Positions 39,055 through 49,320 of a stretch of 64,000 nucleotides of DNA are shown here, in pieces. The position numbers were made by a program, and so were the translations under genes. The notes under the pieces are model-generated. The model made no database searches. It was not told where the DNA came from and saw only the letters and a program-made list of their open reading frames with translations. Position 1 is the first letter of the stretch. Each line of letters begins with the position of its first letter. The stretch is from the NCBI GenBank assembly GCA_031411295.1, contig JANOAV010000140.1:1-64000 (forward strand), read 5' to 3'. This stretch comes from Verrucomicrobiales bacterium. GTDB taxonomy: Bacteria; Verrucomicrobiota; Verrucomicrobiia; Verrucomicrobiales; V1-33.

Positions 39055-39241
39055 GCGATGGCTGGGGAGCCCTTCAACAGGGGCTTCCGTTGACGTTTTC
39101 TAACTACTATAACCAGTGGAATCAGAGTTGTTCGAGCCCTATCCTGCCCCCAGCGTCGAGCTTGGGCTTCACCCGCAGCCAGTGCGGCAGTGACTGAGGG
39201 TGCCAGCGGACGTGGGCGGAAGTAGCTGATTATCTTGGAAA

Positions 39242-39856
39242 TCATGCGATTCCCGCCTCCGCTAACGGCATTCTAACTGATTTATTCGATGATGGCTGGA
39301 CCATAGTGAATCGCACCAAGTCACCCACGGTTTCAACCTTCCCGAAATAGGGATTTTTCTCCCAATCATCCGTGGAGCGGCCAGCCAACTCACTTACTTC
39401 ATCAACCAGATCGTCCAGATCCTCGACACCAAGGCGCAAATCTTCCACCAGGCGATCCAGGGAGCGGATTGGCACACTTGGTGAGGCTACGAAATCTTGC
39501 AGTGACTCATACACCGCCCGCAACACCAGCGTGTCCGTGGTGCGACGCGGGAAGGATTTGGCGAAATCGCAGATGGATTCATTGCTGCGTCTCTTTGTCA
39601 TTTCACGTCCGTGGCGGAGATCGCACACTTTTGAAATGGAGATCCAGACTGCCGATGCTGCCAGCAGGGTAAGCATGGGTAACCAGCTTCCTGTGATAAG
39701 ATACAGTCCCCATGACATTCCGCCGATGAAGAAGCTGAAGATCAACCAACCCACAACACTTGCTAGCGCTGAGGTCTCGCGTTGCTGGCGACGGGCTTGG
39801 ATGATGCGGCGGGACGACGTTCGCAAAGTGAGGAAGTTTGGTGGAAGGAAGGACAA
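39242..39856 (-). CDS. Hypothetical membrane protein with C-terminal acyl-carrier-like segment
   Basis: Two TM segments; LVEDLRL...D.DDL and VETVGDLV patterns; TTG start uncertain. Confidence 0.55.
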   Translation of the reverse strand: MSFLPPNFLTLRTSSRRIIQARRQQRETSALASVVGWLIFSFFIGGMSWGLYLITGSWLPMLTLLAASAVWISISKVCDLRHGREMTKRRSNESICDFAKSFPRRTTDTLVLRAVYESLQDFVASPSVPIRSLDRLVEDLRLGVEDLDDLVDEVSELAGRSTDDWEKNPYFGKVETVGDLVRFTMVQPSSNKSVRMPLAEAGIA

Positions 39857-39989
39857 TTTGTGAGGGGAAATAATAATTCTCCAGAGGCATAAGTCAAACC
39901 ACTCAGACTAGCGAAGCAACCGTGACGAATCTCCGCGCCTCCGCGAGTGCGCCTTTGCTTGCGCGCAAGTTCCCATCTAAATCGAAGGC

Positions 39990-41240
39990 ATGACGAGATT
40001 TCGAGCCACCATCCTTTTCCTCAGCACCATCACGATTTCCCTAGCCGAAGACTGGCCGCAGTGGCGGGGGCCGGCGCGCACCGGGCATGTGACGGATGCG
40101 GCGGCGGTGGTGGCGAAGTTGCCGGATGATCCGAAGACGACTTGGAAGCTGGCGATAGGGGATGGCTTTGCTTCCCCAGTGGTGGCGGGTGGGAAGGTTT
40201 TTTACTTGGATAATCAAGGCACGGACGAGGTGGCACATGCGGTGGAGGCGGCTACGGGGAAGGAGCTTTGGCAGGAGAAAGTTTTCGCTTCGCATAAGGA
40301 TGGTTTCGGCATCGGTCCGCGGACCACGCCCTTGGTGGACGGGGATCGGGTGTATTTCCAATCGGCTCGCGGGGAACTGCAATGCCGGAAAACCGCAGAT
40401 GGGAAACTGGTCTGGCGGAAAAATTTCGAGACTGATTTCGGAGTCGTTTACATTGGCGAGAAGGGGAGTGCCGCTGGAGCCGTGCGGCATGGGGCCACGG
40501 GCGCCCCCTTGATTGAGGGGGACAAGTTAATCGCTCAGGTGGGTGGTCCTGACGGTGCTGGAGTGGTGGCGTTCAACAAACTAACAGGCGACGTGATTTG
40601 GAAGTCGCAGAACGACCAAGCCTCCTACGCTGCGCCCATTCTGGCCACGGTGGCCGGGCAGAAGATGTTCATTTCTTTCACCATCGAGGGGCTCATTGGA
40701 CTCGATCCGGCCGACGGAAAGTTGCTCTGGCGACGCGCTATGACGACGCGGCTGGGTCGCCACGTCACCACGCCGGTGGTGGCGGATGATGTGGTGATCG
40801 TGGCCTCGCATCAACTGGGCACGGTGGGCACGCGGATTGTGAAAGAGGGGACTGGTTTCGTGGCGCAGGAAGCGTGGGAGAACATGAAAGTGCAGACGAA
40901 TTTCACCAGCCCCGTCATCGTGGAAGGTCAGCTTTATGGCTTGGGATCAGCCAAAGACCTGATCTGCATGGATCCAAAAACCGGCATCGTGTCCTGGGCG
41001 CAGACGGGCGTGGTGAATACCAGCGCAGAACAGGCGGAAGCGACTTTCCTCGTCATGGGCAAGAACATCCTCTGCCTAACCGATGGCGGTGAATTGCTGC
41101 TCTATGCGGCGGAGGCCAAGGCTTTTCAGGAAATTAGCCGGGTGCAGGCCTGCGGGAAAAACTGGTGCAATCCTGCCTATGTGGGCGGGAAACTGTATCT
41201 GCGGGACAAGACGGAACTGCGCTGTGTGGAGTTGAAATGA
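39990..41240 (+). CDS. Secreted PQQ-like beta-propeller repeat protein
   Basis: DWPQWRGP.R.G; repeated A.TGK..W. Confidence 0.9.
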   Translation: MTRFRATILFLSTITISLAEDWPQWRGPARTGHVTDAAAVVAKLPDDPKTTWKLAIGDGFASPVVAGGKVFYLDNQGTDEVAHAVEAATGKELWQEKVFASHKDGFGIGPRTTPLVDGDRVYFQSARGELQCRKTADGKLVWRKNFETDFGVVYIGEKGSAAGAVRHGATGAPLIEGDKLIAQVGGPDGAGVVAFNKLTGDVIWKSQNDQASYAAPILATVAGQKMFISFTIEGLIGLDPADGKLLWRRAMTTRLGRHVTTPVVADDVVIVASHQLGTVGTRIVKEGTGFVAQEAWENMKVQTNFTSPVIVEGQLYGLGSAKDLICMDPKTGIVSWAQTGVVNTSAEQAEATFLVMGKNILCLTDGGELLLYAAEAKAFQEISRVQACGKNWCNPAYVGGKLYLRDKTELRCVELK

Positions 41241-41246
41241 CTGCCA

Positions 41247-42869
41247 CTATGGTTTCACCTTCACGGTAACCTCCTTGGCCGTCGGTGCGACCGTGAAGGT
41301 CGTGCCGTTGACTTCCAGAGTGACCGCTTGACCGTCAGGGGCATGATCCCACGTGAACCTCCCCGACTCATCCGTTTCGGCTAGTGCTGGAGTTTCATCA
41401 GGCTCCACGCGGCCCATATGATGCAGCGAAATCTTCGCTTTGGCGACGGGCTCCCCTTTCTGATTAAGGACTTGGCCACTGAGTTTGTGGCCGATTTCCA
41501 AAGGCAATTCCAGCCCGACGTTCTTTCCTACCATGCGCACTTTTTTGAGGCTGGGCGCATAACCTTCGGGAATCGCCAGTGCCCAAAAGTCGCCAGGTTC
41601 TTCGAAATCAAACGTAATTCCGGGAGCGAACGGGCGGCACTTAATCTGGCGGACGGCCCCTGAATCGTGCATTTCCCCATCCGTGACAAAGGCCCCTCCG
41701 ATCTTGCAGGCTGGCAGGGTTGCCCCGGTCTGGGGGAGTTTCAGGGTGACCAGCACCTTGGCGGCAGGGGGCAGGATCACCTCGCAGGTTCGTGAGTGCA
41801 GACTTTCTTCGGAGAGCGAGACCGGACCAGCGCCATCGCTGTAGAGGTCGACTTTAAAGCACTTGGAGGCGGAAACCGCCAGGCTCACATTCTTGGAGTC
41901 GCTGGGCAGGGAATGGTAAACCCACTGCCCCTTCTCGTCCGTTTTCTCAACATTCAGCGATCGTTCGATCCAAGTATCACCATCCTTCACACTGCCGAAG
42001 ATTTCGACACTGGCATCCTTGATCGGCTCTCCCGCCGTATTGCGAACCACCCCACCGATGGTGCGGGCGGGGGTTAAAATCAGCTTTTTGATTTCATTGG
42101 ATTTCATTTCTTCCCAGCCCCAGTCTTCCGCGGTATAGCCATCTTTATCGAAGGACAGCGTGCCTCCAGTTTTACCGTCGGGACCCAGCGGAACCTTCGC
42201 CAGGCCCTGCGCATCGGCCACGATGGTTAGCTCTGGCAGTGGCAAGTCTTTGAAGGTGCGATTCTGCACGGAGATTTTCACCCCGGGCACCGGACGCCCC
42301 AAGGGGTCCCGGCATTCCAGAACGAACGTGATCCCGTTCTTGGGGACCTCTGCCTTGCCTGCAGCTTGCAGTAATTCCTTCACGGCCGGACTGGTTTCCC
42401 AGTATAATTTACTCTCAAACCACGCTCCGCCGTAGGACAGATTCAGCGTCTGATCCCGACCGTAGCAAAAGCAACGGAGGATGGGCACGGTGTCTCCGAA
42501 AACTTCCATCTGGGCAAACTTCGTCTTCATGGGACTGTCCGCGGCATCATCATCCTGGTGGTTAAATTCGTAACAATAAGAGCAGGGAAGTTTCGGGTCG
42601 GGATAGACTCCACTGCCCGCCGTGTGCTCCGCATTGTCGGCCGGAGACAGGAGGATCGACTTATCGGCCAGGAAATCCGGCACCAAATCAGACAGATGCT
42701 GCGGCAGTTCCCCATTTTCATCCACAAACCGAAACAGGGCGTTGCGAATTTTCTCCATGTGCTCCCGATCCGTCTGCTTGTCTTCCGCCTCGCCTGCGGT
42801 CAGTGGTAAAGTTACCGCCGCCGAGTTGACAAAACATATCCATAAAAGTGCCGAAAAAAAGGTCCGCAT
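41247..42869 (-). CDS. Secreted protein with carboxypeptidase-regulatory-like repeats
   Basis: G.V.N..GEP...A.V...TD..G repeats; signal peptide. Confidence 0.75.
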   Translation of the reverse strand: MRTFFSALLWICFVNSAAVTLPLTAGEAEDKQTDREHMEKIRNALFRFVDENGELPQHLSDLVPDFLADKSILLSPADNAEHTAGSGVYPDPKLPCSYCYEFNHQDDDAADSPMKTKFAQMEVFGDTVPILRCFCYGRDQTLNLSYGGAWFESKLYWETSPAVKELLQAAGKAEVPKNGITFVLECRDPLGRPVPGVKISVQNRTFKDLPLPELTIVADAQGLAKVPLGPDGKTGGTLSFDKDGYTAEDWGWEEMKSNEIKKLILTPARTIGGVVRNTAGEPIKDASVEIFGSVKDGDTWIERSLNVEKTDEKGQWVYHSLPSDSKNVSLAVSASKCFKVDLYSDGAGPVSLSEESLHSRTCEVILPPAAKVLVTLKLPQTGATLPACKIGGAFVTDGEMHDSGAVRQIKCRPFAPGITFDFEEPGDFWALAIPEGYAPSLKKVRMVGKNVGLELPLEIGHKLSGQVLNQKGEPVAKAKISLHHMGRVEPDETPALAETDESGRFTWDHAPDGQAVTLEVNGTTFTVAPTAKEVTVKVKP

Positions 42870-42990
42870 GGAGCGGACGCTACCACAACGACAGCCCTCC
42901 TGCCAAGGGCGTTTGTGCTAAAACCACGACCCCGCCGAAGCAAACGGGCAGGGGGGGGCGTTGGCAGACCACGTGCTTGACCGCTAGGAA

Positions 42991-44835
42991 TCAAAATTCC
43001 GTGCGCTGCTTGGCCTTCGCGCTTTGCAGGTCGATCCAGTCGATTTCTACTGGATGCTTTTGCGCGGGGAGGTAGAGGCGGAGGATTCCCAGCGGGCCGG
43101 CGGCGGGGACTTGGACGGTGATTTCCTGCCAGTCGGTTTTGGTGATTTCAAAAGGAACGGACTTGGCGTCGGGAGCTTTGGGGGTTGGTAACCACTCTAC
43201 CTTTCCGGCTCCGATTTCGGTGGCGTGGACGCGAAATTTTATGGTGGTGGGCCCGGATAGTTTCCCGGCGGAGAAGCCCAGGAAAGGAGCCTCGCCCTGG
43301 CCAGTGACGGTGAGGATGCCTTTGGTGACGGTGGCTTCGCAAGCGCGGGCTTTCCAGCCATCGAGCGGATCTGTGGGCGCTGCGCTGGCTTTCTCAGCGG
43401 TTGCGTTGGCCTTGTAATTTGGATTTGGCAGCGGGACGATCGCCTTGGTATCGGTGAGGAATTTGGTGATCAGGACGTCGAGTGCTTTGACGCGCTCCGG
43501 CTGTGCGGAGGCGAGATCTTTGGTTTCTCCGATGTCGTCTTTCAGATTATACAGTTGATAGCCATGGGCTCCATTGGCACCCTCATGGAACATGCGGAGG
43601 AGCTTCCAATCGCCTGCGGTGACGGTAACGGATGGTGGTGGGCAGTCGGGCACTTTACCTGGGCTGTGCGGGAAAAAGGTGAAGATGGCTTCGCGTGCGA
43701 GCTGCTTTCCAGCCAGCAACGGGGCGATGCTCACGCCGTCAAACTTCTGCTCTGGCTGTGGTTTCAGTCCGAGGAGTTCGAGGAAGGTGGGATAGAAATC
43801 CGTGATCTGGATCGGCGTGTCGTTGCGACTGGCAGGCGTGGTTAGTTTAGGCCAACTGACGATGCAGGGGACACGCACGCCACCTTCGTAAACGGTGGCT
43901 TTGCCGCCCCGCAGCGGCTTGTTGCTGGTGGGCGTGGTGCCATCCACTTCGTTATACATGTTGCCACCGTTGTCGGAGTAAAAGACGATGGCAGTGCGCT
44001 CGTTGAGGCCTAACTTGTCCAGCGCGTCCAGCAATTTGCCGACGTTATCGTCCATGGATTCGACCATGGCGGCGTAAGTGGGGCTGCGTTGCGGGTCCTT
44101 GGGGTCGATCAATTTCCGATACTTCTCGATCAAGGCTTTCTTGGCATCGAACGGAGCGTGGACCGAGAATTGCCAGTAGTTGAGGAAGAACGGCTCATCT
44201 TTGTGCTTGGTAATCCATGCCACCGCTTCGTCGCCCATGCGATCTTCGATATGCTCTTCGGGCGTCCGTTCCACGAAGTCTTTGAATTTCCATGGTGCCA
44301 CATAGGTTCCCGCAGGACCAGGGCCAGAGGTATGGGGGAGGTCCACGTCGAAACCTTGTTGCAGCGGGGAGTAGGGCTCGGAGCCCAAGTGCCATTTCCC
44401 AAAATGACCAGTGGCATAGCCTGACTGCTTAAGCGCTTCGGCCAACGTGAAATACTTGGTGTCCAAGCGAGTCGCGCTTTGGCATTCCAATTGTTTTTTA
44501 TTGGCTGGAGCGGTCGCTTGCACGCTGGCGGTGAGTTTCACCTCCGGTAAATGACAGTTAGGAGCGGTGATGCCGATGCGTGCTGGACTCAGCCCAGTGA
44601 GCAGGCTGGCGCGGGTGGGGGAGCACAGTGGACTGGCGGAGTAAGCTCGGGTAAAGAGCATCCCCCGCTGCGCCAAGCGTTCCAGATTCGGCGTGCGATA
44701 TAATTTCGTCCCGCCGTAGAGTGTTGTATCGGACCAGCCGAGATCATCTGCGAGAATGAAGATGATATTGGGTCTCTGGGCTGCGGAAGCCTGAATGCAA
44801 AGTGTTGCAAGTAAGGAGAAGAGTAAGGGGCGCAA
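42991..44835 (-). CDS. Secreted formylglycine-dependent sulfatase with extra C-terminal domain
   Basis: [37 protein letters not shown] start. Confidence 0.93.
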   Translation of the reverse strand: MRPLLFSLLATLCIQASAAQRPNIIFILADDLGWSDTTLYGGTKLYRTPNLERLAQRGMLFTRAYSASPLCSPTRASLLTGLSPARIGITAPNCHLPEVKLTASVQATAPANKKQLECQSATRLDTKYFTLAEALKQSGYATGHFGKWHLGSEPYSPLQQGFDVDLPHTSGPGPAGTYVAPWKFKDFVERTPEEHIEDRMGDEAVAWITKHKDEPFFLNYWQFSVHAPFDAKKALIEKYRKLIDPKDPQRSPTYAAMVESMDDNVGKLLDALDKLGLNERTAIVFYSDNGGNMYNEVDGTTPTSNKPLRGGKATVYEGGVRVPCIVSWPKLTTPASRNDTPIQITDFYPTFLELLGLKPQPEQKFDGVSIAPLLAGKQLAREAIFTFFPHSPGKVPDCPPPSVTVTAGDWKLLRMFHEGANGAHGYQLYNLKDDIGETKDLASAQPERVKALDVLITKFLTDTKAIVPLPNPNYKANATAEKASAAPTDPLDGWKARACEATVTKGILTVTGQGEAPFLGFSAGKLSGPTTIKFRVHATEIGAGKVEWLPTPKAPDAKSVPFEITKTDWQEITVQVPAAGPLGILRLYLPAQKHPVEIDWIDLQSAKAKQRTEF

Positions 44836-44915
44836 GAGGAGGGAGAGTTATAAATGGAAGTGAAGACTGGAACAGGGGCATCGGCATGCTGTTGGAGCGT
44901 TTGCTTTGAGCAGGA

Positions 44916-44960
44916 GTAGCGCAGTTAAGACAATTGCGGAGAGTTAGCCAAATCTCACAC
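44916..44960. repeat. Possible degenerate GTAG-REP
   Basis: GTAG-CGCAGTT-AAGAC-AATTGCG followed by a weaker hairpin; about 240 bp downstream of the RAYT. Confidence 0.35.
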
Positions 44961-45192
44961 GCAAAATGGAAATTCTGGCATACGCGATGAAGCGTGCCGG
45001 CTGACACCATCGTTCAGTCGCAAGCCATGGTATCGCGCCTCTGACGGATTATCGGGGGTGGAAAATCCCGTGCGGCATGACGAACCGACGGAGCTTTGAT
45101 CATTTTCACATAGTGGGTGGCGTTTTGGCCAGGAAATCCGCTGGCAGCAGGCGCCGGAATCGTCACCCCGCAAATCCCGCAGCGTTTGCGCT

Positions 45193-46089
45193 TCAGCGTT
45201 GTCGGAATCGCTGGTCCGACCACAAGTCTTCACCGGTGCCGCCGGCAGCAAAGGCCTGTGGTCGCACGCTGCGGCGGATATCTGCGAGGGAAGACAGCAC
45301 CTGAAGCACGAAGGCGGCGGAACCAAGGACCGTTCCTTGCAACAGGCCGCTCTGGTGAAGTCTCAATGCAGCAGTGGATATTCCCGTGAGGATTTGTCGA
45401 TACCAATTCACCGCCGCTTTCGTTTGGCTCATTTGCGCCAGCGATGCTAGCCCTCGCTGGCCTGCTGCACTTCCCGCTGTAGCGCTGCCGTAACCGGAAT
45501 ACGGATAATCCTCCGGGCGTTCCACCAGACCTTCACGCAGGGGGATCAAATCTATGTAGCTTGCCACTACATGAAGCGGATTATGCTCCTCCCGAGACTC
45601 AATGAGGATGCTTTTGAATCGCTCAGTCCAGAGCGTGCCCTTGGTATCGTGAGCGCGGTTGTGCCACATGGTGAACCGTTGTTTGAGCAGCTTCATGAAT
45701 ACCGACAGGTCATGCATGCGCGCCTGATGGTCCGCGATTGCCTCCTGCCACAATACATCTTCCAAAGAGCGCTTACATTCACGGAAGACATCTCGAAGTT
45801 CCGCTTCAGTCTCTATTCCATAAAGATGGCCAACCCGTTTCATCAACTCGTCGGGATCTAATGCGGCATCAGCAGCTGACTTTTGTGGAACTCGAATCAA
45901 AAGATGGCAACGATGGCTCATGATACAGTAAGTCAGCACCTCCACGCCACAGTAACAGGCGACTCGGTGCAGGAGTGCTTGAAGATGGATCTTCTCCCCA
46001 TCACCCAGCCACCATTGGCCTTGAGTGATACTAAAGACGATGTGGTAACAGGCTGGTAGTTCGATGATTTTGAGGCGGGGGCGACGCAT
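45193..46089 (-). mobile_element. REP-associated tyrosine transposase (RAYT, Y1 HUH family)-like ORF with degenerate motifs
   Basis: CYHI, LTYCIMSHRCHLL, FMKLLKQRFT.WHN.....GTLWTERFKS, YIDLIP.REGLV..PEDY.YSGY. Confidence 0.85.
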
Positions 46090-46113
46090 GGAGGTAAGCG
46101 GGGGAATGATGGC

Positions 46114-46170
46114 AGGCTAACGCGCTACTAAGGCCATGTCAATAAAATTAGGGACTGTCCCTAAATTATT
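46114..46170 (-). promoter_or_regulatory. RAYT promoter with abutting palindrome
   Basis: Minus strand TTGACA-N17-TAGCCT (46142-46114); palindrome AATAAAATTAGGGAC-T-GTCCCTAAATTATT (46141-46170). Confidence 0.65.
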
Positions 46171-46244
46171 TTTCTTGGGCAAGTGAACTTTGTTTTAGGC
46201 TTGCGGACCGGTTGCGATTCTGTGGGTTGGGGGTTAGATGACAC

Positions 46245-47099
46245 ATGTTGTTGCCTCTCTCCTATCGGTTCGATCTTGCAGCCACGATCAATTCTGGTCA
46301 GGTGTTTCATTGGTATGAGTTTCGTGATGGGTGGTTGGGCACGATTGGGGATAATGCAGTTTTTATTCAACAAACGGCAAACGGTTTACTGATCATCCCG
46401 GACGTTATGGCAGCGGCGGTCGCGGCTTATTTTGCCTTGGATCACGATTTCACTGCCATTCTCCAGACCTTCCCGCCGGACGATGTTCCTTTGGCTGAAG
46501 CTGTGGCTTATGCGCCGGGGTTGAGGATCATGCGGCAACCGCTTTGGGAGTGCTTGGCGACTTTCGTTACTTCGTCCCTGAAACAAGTGCCTCACATTCG
46601 GCAAATCTCGCTGACTTTACGAAGGAAGTTCGGCTTTCCGGTTCCGGCATTGTTCCCCGATGCCCCAACGCTGTTTACCTATCCAACCCCGGAGGCGCTT
46701 GCGGTTGCGGGGGAGGAGGCTCTGCGTGCCTGCGGTTTGGGGTATCGGGCGGCATTTCTGCATCGCACGGCGGCGGCTTTGGCCAATGGGGAGGTCGATC
46801 TATCAATGCTGGCTGGATTATCGGATGATGAGGCGCGTGCTACTTTGATGCGATTCCACGGGGTGGGGGAGAAGATTGCCAACTGTGTGCTGCTGTTCGC
46901 GTGTGAACGTCTGGCCTCGTTTCCGATTGATGTTTGGATTGAACGGGTGCTGCGGCAATTCTACTTCGCGAGAAAACGAAACGTCACGACCGAGCGGATT
47001 CGTAAATTTGCGGCTGGCCATTTTGGGCCGTATGGTGGCTATGCTCAGCAATTTCTTTTTCATCTTGCGAGGATGACGAAGTTGGAGGCCAACTCATGA
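46245..47099 (+). CDS. 8-oxoguanine DNA glycosylase (OGG-like, HhH-GPD)
   Basis: SGQVFHW, GLRIMRQ..WE, GLGYRA, GVGEKIANCV.LF, FPIDVW, GYAQQFLF. Confidence 0.88.
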   Translation: MLLPLSYRFDLAATINSGQVFHWYEFRDGWLGTIGDNAVFIQQTANGLLIIPDVMAAAVAAYFALDHDFTAILQTFPPDDVPLAEAVAYAPGLRIMRQPLWECLATFVTSSLKQVPHIRQISLTLRRKFGFPVPALFPDAPTLFTYPTPEALAVAGEEALRACGLGYRAAFLHRTAAALANGEVDLSMLAGLSDDEARATLMRFHGVGEKIANCVLLFACERLASFPIDVWIERVLRQFYFARKRNVTTERIRKFAAGHFGPYGGYAQQFLFHLARMTKLEANS

Positions 47100-47269
47100 A
47101 TGTTGCGCATGGGACCCGCAGATAATCCGTGGTTGCATCCCCGGCTGGGCTCTCTACATATGCCGCGCGCCCGCTTTCGGAATTTCACCCCCGGCTCCCA
47201 AACGGTTTTCCCAGACCTTGGGTAGCGACGCTATTGCAAATTCATCCATCCCCATTCTCTCCTACTACA

Positions 47270-49249
47270 ATGAATCACACGATCCTCCAAAAAGCAGCAA
47301 ACGAAGCCCGTGGCTTGGCCATGGATGCCGTCCACAAATGTTCTTCCGGTCACCTTGGTCTGCCCTTGGGCGCGGCGGAAGTTGGGGCGGTCTTGTTCGG
47401 CTCGGCCTTAAATTTTGACCCTGCCGCCCCGCGCTGGCTGAACCGGGATCGGTTCATTCTGAGCGCTGGTCATGGCTCCATGTTTATTTACAGTTGGTTG
47501 CATTTGGCGGGGTATAATCTGAGTCTGAAGGAGTTGGAGAATTTCCGGGTCATGCACAGTTTGACCCCGGGGCACCCGGAATTCCACGAAACCGAAGGTG
47601 TGGAATGCACCACTGGCCCGCTGGGGCAGGGGATTGGCAATGGGGTGGGCTTTGCTCTTTCCGGTAAAATGGCCGCTGCGAAATATAACACTGCTGATCA
47701 CAAGATTATCGATAACCACATTGTCGTTCTGGCGGGTGACGGATGCCTGCAAGAAGGGGTGGCTCGTGAGGCGGTGGCGTTTGCGGCTCACAATCATTTG
47801 GATAACCTAATCCTGATCTATGACTCCAATGATGTCACGCTCGACGCCATGGCGAAGATGACTCAGAGTGACAGCACGGAGGCTCTCTACACGGCCCTGG
47901 GCTGGGAAGCCGTTACCATCGATGGCCATAATCTTGACGCCATCGCTGCCGCCGTAGCTCACGCCAAATCTAATGACAACGGCAAGCCGAAAATCATCAT
48001 TGCCAAGACCATTATTGGCAAAGGCATTCCTGAAGTGGCCGGGACGGCCAAGGGTCATGGTGAAGGGGGGGCGAAGTTCGTCGATGCCGCCAAGGCTGGG
48101 CTGGGCATCCCGGCGGGAACCCATTTCCATGTGAGTGATGACGTTCGGGCTTACTTCACCGACCGCAAAGCAGCCCATGCCAAGGCTCATGCCGCATGGG
48201 AAACGAACTTCAAGGCATGGGCCGCCGCCAATCCCAAGCTGGCCGTGGAACTGGCCGCTGCGCTGAGCGGGAAACTGGAGGCGGACGCACTCCTGAAGTT
48301 GATCCCTGAGTTTGCCGCCGAGAGCAAAGCTGCCACGCGGAACAGCGGTGGAGACATCCTCAACCACATTGCCAAAGCCGTGCCACACCTGATCACAGGC
48401 AGTGCGGATTTGTTTGGCTCCACGAAAAATTATATCAAGGATGGTGGCGACTTTTCCGCCGCGAACAACACCGGGAGAAACATCTGGTTCGGCATTCGGG
48501 AACACGCCATGGGGGCGATCTGCAACGGGATTGCCTACGATGGCCTCTTCCTCGGGAGTGGAGCAACGTTCCTCGTTTTCGCGGACTACGTCCGTCCGAG
48601 CATCCGGATTGCTTCGTTGGCGAAATTACCTGTCACTTATATCTTCACGCACGATTCCGTGGGCGTGGGAGAAGACGGACCGACGCACCAACCGGTGGAA
48701 ACGGTTAGTGGTCTGCGCGTGATTCCTAACTTGGACGTGATCCGTCCAGGTGACAGTGAGGAATGTGCCGCGGCTTTTGCCGCAGCCTTCAGTCGCCAGG
48801 ATGGACCCACTTTGCTGGCGCTGAGCCGTCAGGATTTGCCGAATCAAGGGGGCACGCCAGCGAGCGTCCGTCGCGAAGGCACGCTCAAGGGCGGTTACGT
48901 TTTGGTGAAGGAAAAAGGCGCGCTAAAGACGATCATCCTCGCCACTGGTTCGGAGGTCCAGCATGCCGTGGTGGCTGCTGGTAAACTGGGCGACGGCGTG
49001 CGCGTCGTATCTCTCCCATGCTTCGAGCGATTCGATCGTCAGAGTGCGGAGTATCGGGAATCGGTGCTGCCCGTCGCTTGCACCAATCGGCTCGCGATTG
49101 AAGCTGGTGTCACTGGTCTGTGGTGGAAATACGTTGGCACCCAAGGTCAAGTGCTGGGGATCGACCGCTTCGGGATCAGTGCTCCAGGCAATCAAGTTAT
49201 GGAAACGCTGGGCATGACGGCGGACCATATCGTCAAGGCACTAAGCTAG
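47270..49249 (+). CDS. tkt: Transketolase
   Basis: [59 protein letters not shown]. Confidence 0.97.
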   Translation: MNHTILQKAANEARGLAMDAVHKCSSGHLGLPLGAAEVGAVLFGSALNFDPAAPRWLNRDRFILSAGHGSMFIYSWLHLAGYNLSLKELENFRVMHSLTPGHPEFHETEGVECTTGPLGQGIGNGVGFALSGKMAAAKYNTADHKIIDNHIVVLAGDGCLQEGVAREAVAFAAHNHLDNLILIYDSNDVTLDAMAKMTQSDSTEALYTALGWEAVTIDGHNLDAIAAAVAHAKSNDNGKPKIIIAKTIIGKGIPEVAGTAKGHGEGGAKFVDAAKAGLGIPAGTHFHVSDDVRAYFTDRKAAHAKAHAAWETNFKAWAAANPKLAVELAAALSGKLEADALLKLIPEFAAESKAATRNSGGDILNHIAKAVPHLITGSADLFGSTKNYIKDGGDFSAANNTGRNIWFGIREHAMGAICNGIAYDGLFLGSGATFLVFADYVRPSIRIASLAKLPVTYIFTHDSVGVGEDGPTHQPVETVSGLRVIPNLDVIRPGDSEECAAAFAAAFSRQDGPTLLALSRQDLPNQGGTPASVRREGTLKGGYVLVKEKGALKTIILATGSEVQHAVVAAGKLGDGVRVVSLPCFERFDRQSAEYRESVLPVACTNRLAIEAGVTGLWWKYVGTQGQVLGIDRFGISAPGNQVMETLGMTADHIVKALS

Positions 49250-49269
49250 ACGGAAAGTAAATTCACCAC

Positions 49270-49313
49270 CAAAGGGGACATTGAGGACGGCATCGGTCTT
49301 GATGTCCCTTTTG
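49270..49313. terminator. Probable bidirectional intrinsic terminator
   Basis: AAAGGGGACAT...ATGTCCCTTTT between convergent tkt and murG. Confidence 0.7.
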
Positions 49314-49320
49314 TTATTGG

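Noticed and set aside
44960..45190. Structured ncRNA (omega-RNA-like) downstream of the Y1 transposase
   Set aside because: Only short GC-rich hairpins; no TnpB/IscB gene and no recognisable RNA family.
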